A stretch of 57,052 nt of DNA, filler included, from Bipalium vagum (Eukaryota): NCBI GenBank assembly GCA_037834085.1. It is 3 parts of 3 records of this genome, joined end to end, with 100 filler letters (N's around TTAATTAATTAA, not from the genome) between each part and the next. Parts side by side here need not be neighbours in the genome. Positions count along the whole stretch, not along the records: positions 1 to 18,915 come from JBBMKC010015614.1; positions 19,016 to 36,866 come from JBBMKC010048790.1; 1 more part is not named here. The stretch is one strand, 5' to 3'. Position 1 is the first letter of the stretch. Each line of letters opens with the position of its first letter. Made by a program: the position numbers and the translations under genes. Positions 14,290-25,200 of the stretch are shown one piece after another. Under the pieces are notes generated by a model. The model searched no databases. It had not been told where the DNA came from and saw nothing but the letters and a program-made list of their open reading frames with translations.

Positions 14290-14758
14290 AAAAATTATAT
14301 GTGTATCCATTAAATTCAAAAGCAGCCAAAACCATAACCGATCCTCCTCCATATTTTATTTTAGAAGCTTTTGCAAGTCGTGCTAATAGTTGGACCAACC
14401 ATTGAAACCGCCCAGGTGAATTTCTTTTCGTCACTAAAGAGTACATGCAACCATTGGTCTTCCTATGTCTGATCATTTTCCGCCCACCTTAATCTTGCTT
14501 CTTTATGCTTTGGAGTTAGTAGCGGTTTTTTAAGCATCTTCCGGTTTTAATGAAAGGATACTTGTGAATATGATTATAAATTGTAGTCTTCCTAGCAGCA
14601 ATATTCAAAGTAGCCTTTACGTTCAATAATGATATTTTTTTGTTACTGATTGTCTTAATTATCTATATGTGTGTCTTTTCATCAATTGCTTTTGGCCTTC
14701 ACATCTTCTTTGGATGTTGATTTTGTTGTTGTCTTTTAAAAAAAACCATTTATGGCTC
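14290..14758 (-). pseudogene. Tc3-like (Tc1 family) transposase relic, truncated at 14758
   Basis: RPKAIDEKT..IIKTISNKKISLLNVKATLNIAARKTTIYN..LKKPLLTPKHKEARLRWAE..FSDEKKF..GGGSVMVLAAF. Confidence 0.85.
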
Positions 14759-14885
14759 AGTAGTGTGTATAACCAGACTTTGAGGACTGGACCCCAACTT
14801 TTTTTTTCACTCACCCTCCAGAGGAAGGCTCCCTCAAAATAGAACAAAAATTTCCTCTCCTCAAAGTCTGGTTATACATACTACT
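14759..14885. repeat. 28-bp inverted repeat (27/28 match) with 5'-AGTAGT...ACTACT-3' ends
   Basis: agtagtgtgtataaccagactttgagga (14759-14786) versus tcctcaaagtctggttatacatactact (14858-14885), 71-nt spacer. Confidence 0.95.
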
Positions 14886-15599
14886 TCATTTATTATATTA
14901 CTAGTTTTTAAAACTGAAAAAATGGAAACCAAAAGAAACGATTTAATAACCTATCCATTCTAGAATTAAATAAAATTGAAAATAAATTTCCACAAAATAA
15001 ATATTATGAAATATTTTTAAGAGCTAAAAATTTTAATTTAGAAGAAAAAAGATTTAAAATCTTATTCTAAAGATTTATTATGGTTAATAGATAATTGCAC
15101 ATTTGAACCATATAAAAATAAAATAAAAGAACAACATAAAAATCTGAATGATATAATTATTCATAATTACTCGAAAATAAATAAAGAATTAAGTTTAGAA
15201 ATATTAAATTTTATTAAGGAAAATTAATAAAATTCTTAAATAAAACTCAATAATTAATTCTTAATAATTTTTTAATTATAATTATTTTTTAATAATCTTT
15301 TTTTCCTAAAAAATGGTTGAAAAAGGTATTGTGAAATTTGTGATAAATCTATTAATAAAAAAATAAATGTCATCATGAAAATACAAAAATACATGAAATA
15401 AATTTTCAATGAAAAAACAACGGGTAAAAACAACGACAATGACGAAAAATCGACGATATCTATGAATAAAAACAACGACCTAAAAAATAAAACAACGACT
15501 CAAAAAACAACGATTAAAAATAACAATAACTTCAATAAAAAAACAACGACTAAAAATAAAAATCGAAATATTCAAAACATTCAAGAAAAATATCCATCT

Positions 15600-16925
15600 T
15601 TTTTATAAAAACAGGAGGAGACATCCAATCACAAATTACAAATAATAAATTTTTAAACAAATTTACAACTGGAAAATACCCAGGTGAATTACATTTAAAA
15701 TCTTTAAATCCTTTAAATAAAACAAATCCAGTCTGCCCAATTTTACTGGACTTGGAACTCATGCTGATCCGCGTTTAGAAAACTATAATAAAATATTAGA
15801 AAATTATGAAGACAGTCAAGATTTATCAATTCTCCCAATTCCAAAACCTGACTCAATTCCAATAAATCGAGTAGATCAAGCAGCTATTAAACATGATGTA
15901 AAATATATGTCAACAGATTTAAAAGATAGACATGTTGCAGATGTTGAAATGATTCATGAAATGAACAATATTCAGAATTCAACTCCAAGAAAAAAACTTA
16001 AAAGAGCAATTGTAAAATTAATTTTGAAAGGAAAAATAGCTTTAGATTTAGGATTAGAAAGAGCAAGTAAAAATGTGGCAAATGAAAAATTATTTGAAAA
16101 CTCAAAAATTTTAAATCCAGAAAAATCAAAAATACTTGCAAACGAACTTCATAAAGAATTTCGAAAACCAAAAACTATTTTAAAAGTAAAATTAAATAAC
16201 AAAGATGTTATTTGGTCTGTAGATTTAACATTTGTCCCAGGAGAAAGAGATTATAAAATAATTCTAACAGTTATTAATTTATATACTTGTTTTGCTTTTA
16301 CTGTTCCTTTAAAAAATAAATCAGGACAATCAATTACAGATGCTTTCGATAAAATATTTGAAGATTCTAATAAAAACCAGAAAAATTATTGGTTGATAAA
16401 GGAACAGAATTTTATAATAAAACATTTGAAAATTTTTCTTATGATAATGAGATTGAAATTTACTCAACAGAGAATGAGGGAAAGCAGTTGTCATTGAAAT
16501 TTTTAAAAGAACTAAAAAATTTAATGTTTAAAAAATTTACAGAACAAGGAAATTGAAAGTGGTTACATCTTTTACCAAATTTAATTAATTTTTATAATAA
16601 CAAAATTCATAGTTCAATTGGAATGACACCTAATGAAGCAAGTAAAAATCCTGAGAAATTAAAAGTTATAAAAGAAGAGAGTAAAACTATTGGAAGTAAT
16701 GAAATTTTGAAATCTAAAACTAAATTTCATATTGGAGATAAAGTTTGAATTTTTAAATATAAAATTAAATTTGAAAAAAGATATACTGTAAAATGGACAG
16801 ATGAAATTTTTATAATAAATAAAATTTATTATACAACTCCAGCTGTATATGGAATTATGGATAAAAATGGAAAAGAAATAATTGGAAGGTTTTATAAAAA
16901 TGAACTTCAGAAAACTTTGTTTTAA
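15600..16925 (+). pseudogene. PLA2-like domain fused to Polinton rve integrase (frameshifted)
   Basis: One open frame from 15721: NFTGLGTH..INRVDQAAIKHDVKY..DRHVAD..LANELHKEFRKP..IWSVDL..VPLKNKSG; after a frameshift KLLVDKGTEFYN..YNNKIHSSIGMTP..GRFYKNELQKT, stop at 16923-16925. Confidence 0.88.
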
Positions 16926-17681
16926 TACCTCTTTTTTATCAATTAAAAAATATTAAATTTAATATAAAAAGATTTTATTATGAACCCACCAAGCTACTAA
17001 TCCATTTTACTAACAGTAAATTTCATTAATTTATTTAATTAAATTTATGATTTTCTAGGTAAAGAAATTGAAGAAAAACTGAAGGAAAGAAAAAGGTATA
17101 AACAATACATGAAAATGAAACAAAATAATCTGACTATGGTTGAGAAAAGACTTCAACAAAATATGAGAAAATGAAACAAAATAATAGAAGAAATTCAAAT
17201 AATGGAAAGGAAGATTTTTGAAGCGAATAAAGCTATCCGAAAATTAAGATTAGGAGTACAGGGAAATAATCCAGTAAATCAAAATGATATCAATTAACTT
17301 TTAGCATAGCTTTAGAGTTAGAGTTAGATTTAAAATTTAATAATTTTTATTATTTTTTATTGAATTTGTTTATGTATTTTATTTTATTATTATTTTATTT
17401 TAAATATGACACCTTTTTTGGACACAGTATCCATAGTAGGTGTCTAATAGTGAAAAATATAGACCTAAACATCTTTTCTTGTTTATGACCTATATTTTTT
17501 AAAATCTGTTTAAACTGTTTAAACAGTTTAAACAGTAGAAATAAAATTAACTAGAATGCAGCAAGCATGAAGAGTAAAAAGCAAGCAAGCGTGAAGGAAA
17601 GCATCATTTATAAAAATGTAAGAACTTAATAAACATGTAAAATCATTGATATACAAAAATATTTCAAATTTTTTCCTAAAA

Positions 17682-18279
17682 ATGGAAATCACAGAAGATA
17701 AATTAAAAGATATAACAGAAGTAGGTAAACAAAAGTCAATTACTTTAAATGGTGAAAAAATGGTTATCCAAAAAAATAATTAATCAAGTTGAGGAACAAG
17801 CCGAAGAACAAAAATCAGGCGGCGTACTTCCATTAATACCAATTTTAGGATTTATATTTGCAGCTTTAGGAGCAGCTGGTAGAGCTGCAGGTGGAATAGC
17901 AACTGCAGTTATAAAATCAAGAGGCTAAAAAAATGCTGAGAAGGAAAAGATTGAATTGGAAAAAAAGAAATTAGAAATGGAAGTTCAAAAACGTAAACCT
18001 AAAGAGGAACAAAAATCTGGAGCTGGACTTTACTTCGATATATATTTTGGGAAAGGATTAAAAGATACAATTTTAAATAGTTCAGAATATAAAGGTTTAC
18101 ATAAATCAGAAAGACAAGAATTAAAAGAATTATTGCAAAAGCTTTGTAAAAATAAAATTAAAATTATTAAACAAGGAAAGGGACTTTATTTTGATCCCTA
18201 TGAAGAAATATCATTAGAAATATTTCCCAACATAAAAAATTTCCAAAAAAATCTAGAAAAAATAAAAAACAAAAATTGA
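17682..18279 (+). pseudogene. Adintovirus virion core / pX-like protein with hydrophobic Gly/Ala-rich helix
   Basis: KSGGVLPLIPILGFIFAALGAAGRAAGGIATAV followed by repeated GxGLYF motifs; internal stops and a frameshift. Confidence 0.65.
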
Positions 18280-18400
18280 TGAATGCGATTGTGAATATTG
18301 TGAGAGACGGAATATTATAGGAAATATGGATTTTACAACTTATGAAATTTTGATTATTTTATTAGAGGTGAAGATTAATTTTTGTTCTTATTTTTTAAAA

Positions 18401-18831
18401 ATGTCACAAAACGTATTAGAATTTTTTGTAAATATGGAATTAATTCAACATCAAATTTTGATTTAATAGATTTTGCTGAGGATTTAAAAATGCCCTTAAA
18501 AGATTTGATGCTGGATGAAGTTAAAGAAAAACATTTCGAAAAAGAAATTCCACTAATTATTAAATACCAAAATACAAATCAAAAAAGAATTCATTGGGTT
18601 GGTTATTTAAAAAATTTATATTTTGATTCTTATGGCTTACCACCACTTGAAGATTTAAAAAAGCATGTTAAAGAATATAATAAATTTGATTTTCAGTCTG
18701 AAACAGATTTAGAGTATTGTGGAAAATTATCTTTATATGTTTTATATCAACTTTTTCAGGGAAACAAATTTGAGGAAAATGAAGTAAAACTTCATGAGAG
18801 TTTCGCTCGCGTTTTAAAAGAAATAGAATAA
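18401..18831 (+). CDS. Adenain-like cysteine protease (Polinton PRO), 5' end frameshifted
   Basis: Catalytic motifs in order IHWVGY, YFDSYGLPP, QSETDLEYCG. Confidence 0.85.
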
Positions 18832-18915
18832 AAATCAAAAATGGGACATTGGCTGCACTCATCTGAAGAAGCATCACATTTTAACCGAAGGTAAACCAAT
18901 TAATATCAAACCTTT

Positions 18916-19015
18916 NNNNNNNNNNNNNNNNNNNNNNNNNNNNNNNNNNNNNNNNNNNNTTAATTAATTAANNNNNNNNNNNNNNNNNNNNNNNNNNNNN
19001 NNNNNNNNNNNNNNN
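18916..19015. other. Assembly gap with TTAATTAATTAA linker
   Basis: 100-nt N block with a central all-frame-stop linker. Confidence 0.97.
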
Positions 19016-20289
19016 CATTGCACGATTATACCTTGATCTCAATACATTTCAATGAATATACTCTTCCAGGCATAAAATCTGATAATTCGTCATCTTTAAA
19101 AAACTATTTTGTTTAAACAAAAATTAGTAAATATCAATATTGTTTTGTATAATTTCATTATTTTTTGAGGGTTATTTTATTTACTGAGTATTTCCAAAAT
19201 AAAATTTCAGGGAATTTTTAAATTACTTTTCGAGTGTTAATTAATTTTTCATTATTAATATTATTAACATTATTATTATTATTTCTAGTCTTTTATGATT
19301 TTACTTAGTTATATTTCCCCTGGGATGGTCTTTTGTCGGACTGTAGATCATCCATAAGCAACAAGATATGACCACCGCCCCATTCATCATGGAAGATCAA
19401 AATCTAAAAAATAAATCTTGTCAAATTAAGTCTGAAAAATAATCTGGGCTGTGTGGATCTGTGCAGACTCCCACCTTCTGACCAACCAATTCAACCAAAC
19501 CCTTCAAAAACGTCAATCCAGCCAAAGCAATCAAAACAATAACATTATCGATTTTAAACATTTTAGTGATTATTTAGTGATTATTTAGTAATTCATTTGA
19601 TGTATAAAAAACAATATATAATTTGTATTTATTTATTTGTAAAAGTTAAAACCCGGAGTTTGATTCTAATAATTTTCTATTAACTCTTTGTCTCGGATTT
19701 TAACTTAAAAGTAAAATTGTATTTAAAAAATAAAGTTGTTAGATTTATATAAAAAATATATTTTATAAAAAGCAACTTTTTATCTCAGTTAATCGATTGA
19801 AATTTTATCGTTTTAAAAGTTTTTAGTTTATCAATTTAAAAGTTTAAAAAGGTTTTGAAATCAGTATCTGTGAGAAGTTTACTTTTAGTAATTAAAATTT
19901 TAACTTCGAACGTACGCTTACTAAATCCTTCTGTATTTGCATATATTTTATGTTAAGTTCCTAAAAAGACCACTATCGATATTCTTAATCCGATTAAATA
20001 TTAACAATTATTTTTATTTTCATAATAAATTATCTTTTTAGGTCGTTTTAAAATTTAACAGATCAGTATAATTTCTCTTCTTCCCGCTTGCACAGAGAAA
20101 GGATATTGAAAGCCACCCGATCACCTTTATAGAAATATTAGAAGTGTTAAAAATGTTATTTTAGAAAAAATAAAAGAATTTAAAATTTTAAACATTAAAT
20201 TTTTTTTAAAAAGTGCAAGCTTAGCTTTTGAAATTAAAGGTTTTGAGTCCTTTTAAGATTGTAAAAACAAATACATTACTAGAGCTTTT

Positions 20290-20660
20290 ATGTAAATATG
20301 GAATTAACTCAACTAAAAATTTTGATTTAACTGATATTGCTGAAGAATTAGAAATGCATTTAAATGCTTTAATGAAAGATGAAGTAACAGAAAAAAGAGT
20401 TAAATAGAAATTCCATTAATTATTAATTATCAAAATACAAATCAAAAAGAAATTCATTAGGTTTGTTATTTTAAAAATTTTTACTTTCATTCCTATGGTT
20501 TATCACCACTTGAGGATTTAACAGAAAATTTAAATGAGTACAACAAATTAGATTTTCAATCTGAAACAGATTTCGAGTATTGTGAACAATAATCCACATA
20601 TGTTTTATGGAAAATTTTTCAGGGAGAAAATAAAAAGAAATTTTAGAAGAAATAGAAAGA
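20290..20660 (+). pseudogene. Second adenain copy (degenerate)
   Basis: CKYGINSTKNFDL..INYQNTNQKEIH*VCY..FHSYGLSPLEDL..FQSETDFEYC; collinear with 18425-18830. Confidence 0.85.
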
Positions 20661-20773
20661 ATTAATTTTGATCTAACTCCATAATTGCCTTTATTTAGTT
20701 TTTCTCTAACCTCTTTTCAATATACTTCTTCAGTTCACAAGGGTCATCTTCAAAGGAAAGATTTTTAAATATT

Positions 20774-21437
20774 GTACACTGTTTAAATTGAAATAAAACA
20801 GTTTTCGCATTTTTTGGTAAAAAAGTGACCTTAATAGCGACCACAAAAAAATTAATTAATTACACTTTTTGTTTTTAATATATTTCCATAATTTATAATT
20901 CTCATTAAAAAGAAATACAAATAAATATCGAAAATCTCTGGAAAAATAAACAAATTATGATAATTTTATGTCAACGTAGAGACCCATTGATTTTTTAAAT
21001 TGTTGCAGAAATATCACAGTTTTATAAATTTAAATAAAAGTGACTTTGACTTCCTGAAAATGGTAATTTTTATTTTATTTTAGTGATTATTTTTCAATCT
21101 GAAACGTTCCTCACAGAGAATGGCAAAATCGGAAACACAGCGCACCAATGGGGTCCAAACAAAGTATCATTTTTCATAGATTAGGGCTTTCGTGACCCAA
21201 AGGCCAGTTGTAAACCAGGACCTGCTCTGCTCTCATTTTAGTCTTTACTTTCAGTGGTTGCACAAGCTTAATTTGCATACATATGTCCGTCCACAATGCT
21301 CGGTAAGAACCTCCACGAATGACATTGATAATTGTCAGATTTTTTTCGAATATTTTATTTAATAAAATAAACATTTTCATTAGTGCTCTCCTCGGCTTAT
21401 TTTGGTGAATCTTTTACATTTCAATTGCGACAGTTTA
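20774..21437 (-). mobile_element. Deleted Tc1/mariner-superfamily element with imperfect TIRs
   Basis: tacactgtttaaattgaaata (20774) versus the reverse complement taaactgtcgcaattgaaatg (about 21437); internal IKLVQPLK and NWP..SPNL fragments. Confidence 0.4.
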
Positions 21438-22281
21438 TTTTGTTGTCATTGTTATAAGGGTAGTATTGGTAGAGTAGGAGTGCAAAGGTGATCGGGTGGC
21501 TTTCAATATGCTTTCTCTGTGGAAGTATCATGAAGAGAAATTGTAATGATGCACACAGCACATTATATTATTTTTCAGATTTAATCTGACGAGATTTATT
21601 TTTTAGATTTCGACCTTCCGTGATGAATTATACGGTGCTCATATCCTGTTGCCTATGGATGATCTTGAGTCCGACGTGCTATTGTAAAACATCTTACTTT
21701 ACAGGTTAGAAGATATTCAATTAGAAAAATGATAACTTACGCTGTAAAGATATTTATATTCGAAGATCACTGTTCTACCTCATTTCATTTCTAACCAAAA
21801 GGAGACAACCCTTCTTCACAGGACTTCTGTAAAAGATGTAATGAAAAATTTCGCAGATTTACCACATAGTTACGTTTTTGATCTCTCTTATACTCACAAG
21901 CTTGTTGATTCAAAACCAGTTTTTCCTTGTCATTCCTGTACTTTTAACAATATATTTTGTTTTAATTGATGACTTTTTTATCTTTACTTTAAATGCTTAC
22001 ATTGTACAACGACGCTTAACGCTTGATATAATTATGAAGGGTTACTTCATATCTTTGTTTGTGGTTGATGAGTTTCATTTCATTTGTTCTACTCCTTTTC
22101 TTTTTTCACTTATATCTCTACTTTTTCATCAGCTTACTTGTGTTTCTTTTGCACATATATCAGAAAAACATATTTCTGATAATATGATACCCCAGGGTCC
22201 AACATTAAGTAAAAACGTCGAAAGAGTAACATCTGATATCAAATTTTATAACGAATAAAAAATATACGAATCCTTTTTCAG

Positions 22282-25200
22282 AAATAGAAAAATGTACCAT
22301 GAATAAACTTGGGAGGGAATACATTGGCACTAAAAACGTGACTAAAATTGGACATCACTGTTTATATTGGAGCAAAAAATTGCTGAAAAAAATTGATGGA
22401 AATAAAATTGAGGGCATCAATCCCAAAATAGATAAAAACTACTGCAGAAACCCTACCAATTTTCCTAATGGACCTTGGTGCTTCATTGATTCAAAAATCT
22501 CCGAATGGGAGTATTGTGATATCCCTCCATGTATAAAGGGTGAGAAGGACTATTAATTAATAATGATTAATCGAAATTATAGAACGAAATTGGTGTAAGG
22601 AAACTGCTTCGGGCTCCGAATATATTGGAACAATGAAGGTTACAAAGTCCGGCAAGGTCTGCCAGCCGTGGATCAATCAAAACAAACATCCTGCTGAATC
22701 ATTTCCGGAAAGGAATTTGGAAGACACGGAGAACTTTTGCCGAAATCCAACCAATGTTGATTCAGGACCCTGGTGTTATGTGGATGACGGATTTTTGACA
22801 TCGGAGCGTTGTGATGTCGAAATGTGTGAAGACGGTAAGGGACTGATACGGAAAATTGAAACATAATAAAGGTCTTGTTAGAACTAAGCCAAATTGAATA
22901 TTTCGGAGGCTATGATTACTTGAAGACGATTCCGGATAATCATCAGATAATTTACTTCAACCCCATGTTAGTAAACTTTACAATCACTGTGGAAATCAAG
23001 TCGGGTAATGGAGACGTAAAGTGAACCATATTGTTATGATGCATATTATAGATTTATGGAACGAGGATGTGCAAATGAAGACTTCTCTATGGATATCAGC
23101 GTATGATTATAAGTGCCAGAAAGACCTAAATGAATACAATTATTGTTCAAAATCTTTCTTCACTCTGAAAAACAACAAAGTGATACTGACTTACCGTTGC
23201 AATTCTGTTACATATTCATCAATATTTATCTCCCCCATAAATAAGGAGGAATGCAAGCTCAGCTACAAAATTTACGAAGTATATGATGTTGATAGTCAAC
23301 CAAGTCAAGTCTACCTGGATTATATTGAAAAGGTAAAGAATAATTAATGTACTATACTCTTAAAATATAAGCAAGATATCACTTTGAGTATCGCTTTTGG
23401 TAGTATAACACAACGAGATTTACCATGTACCTGATATACTGATCAATAACTTGTAGTATTAAACGTTTGCTTCGAAAAGTTTTATTTAACGGCTCATTTG
23501 CTGATAATTTCATTGTATCTTCTTTCATTTTGGTTGTGAGATTTAAGGTTCTGAAAGAATTGACAAACCTCTGTTGCTGTCTCTCTCAGGTTTTCCATAT
23601 TGCATAAATCAGCTGTATAATTAATGACTATTTCGGTCGCAGCATGTGAATCTCTTCCAATAACATTCGACTCTTGGTTTTTGAATCCATAACTTTCCTT
23701 CCACCGTTCTGACCAGACCATCTTTAAAACGGAAATAAGATGTAATTTTCTTTTCAATATCTTCTTTAATCTGATCGATTTCATTTTCATTATTCTGCCA
23801 TTTATACACTGCCTTTTCTTTACTGTTTTTATATCTAGAATGCTGAGATGTTCATCTACGTGAGAAATTATGGTGTTATTAGCTTTTTTGTCTTAAACCT
23901 GAATTCTATTGCTTTGTGATCTGTTCTCAAAAGTAATGCTTAAAGTGGTTACAAAAATAATATATTGCTAATAGATCCTTTCTTGTGATTTAGTATCATT
24001 TTTCATTTACTGTTCATTGCATGTGATCCATACGCGATCACTCTCTCTATTCTACTATCGGTGATCTGTGACAACATTGCTCCAAATTTGTAGAGTTTGG
24101 GTGATGGTCTTAACCTTTCATTTTGACATTACTAATGTGGAACAAATGCCAGACAATCTTTATGGGGCAAAATATTTCATTACGGAAGACTTAGAGAACG
24201 CATAATTCCAAATAATATTAATAAAAGAGCTGCAGGAGAAGACGGACTTTTCTACTAAAACGGACAATAATACTTCACAAGAATACTTTTTGATATTGCC
24301 GCAGTGCCAGGAACGTTCCAGTAATTATTGACATACTTATGAGATGGGTTAGAAGGACCAGTGTTGTATAAAAAATTTGACTACAATCAATAAGCATGAT
24401 GAAGAGATAAAATACGTCATGAAGGAATAATGAATTCTTAGATTTTGAATACCAAAGGTTGTTTAGGTTGACATTTTCAAGTTTTTTGTATTTAGAAACT
24501 TTAGAAATTTGATGGACTCCATGAATATAGAATTGCAATTTCCGAGCCTGTATAATCATAATACTATCGGAATCATAAGAAAGACAATTCCGTACAATCA
24601 AAGATTGCACTAATGTTTCTCTACATGATGATGATTGGAGGAATTTGAGAACGAGCATACCAGATATTAAATAAACAGGTAGAATATCTGGCGACAAAGA
24701 GTAAGGCTGAATGTTTTGAAGGAAGGCTGAAGTTAGCATTTCAGAAGAGGAAAACAAGAATTGAAAAAATTGAGGAAGCTCTTACTTACAGAAAAGTAAA
24801 TGATACTACAGATCTTTTTGTCTCGAAGATTATAGCAATGGTGAAAAGAATTTTGTCGAAGAATCTGGGTGAAGAGAAGCTGACAAAACATCTGCTTTTA
24901 CACTGTGGTAATGCGCAAGGCAGATATATCAGAGGAGATTGTCGAAATCATGAAGATGGTCGACAAAGTAGAAGAAATGGTCAAAGTTTTAATATCGTAC
25001 GAAGGGCCTCAAAGTATGGAAAAAAACATCAGATATGCAGAAGAACCGTCCATATTAGTAGAGAATGTCCGAATAGACCTAAACCAGACTGTTTAGCTTG
25101 CGGAAAGATTGGCCACATTAAGCGACACTGTCTAATTATAATATATACAAAATGCAAAAGGACTGGACGTTGATCTGAGTCATGTAACGAAAATCAAGAA

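Larger units (their letters stand above)
14759..18915 (+). mobile_element. Polinton/Maverick (adintovirus-like) element, fragment 2, running into an assembly gap
   Basis: Contains PLA2-integrase, pX-like/core protein and adenain in one orientation; AGTAGT at the left boundary. Confidence 0.85.

Noticed and set aside
16980-17000. MNPPSY as a PPxY late domain
   Set aside because: Immediately followed by a stop in a decayed frame; too short to support.
18916-19015. Palindromic TTAATTAATTAA inside N runs (also 36867-36966)
   Set aside because: Identical artificial scaffolding linker with stops in all frames; not biological. Adjacency across these gaps is unverified.
21878-22258. Hydrophobic 126-aa ORF as the signal-peptide exon of the kringle gene
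   Set aside because: TTG start, T-rich low-complexity origin and no convincing phase-1 donor identified.
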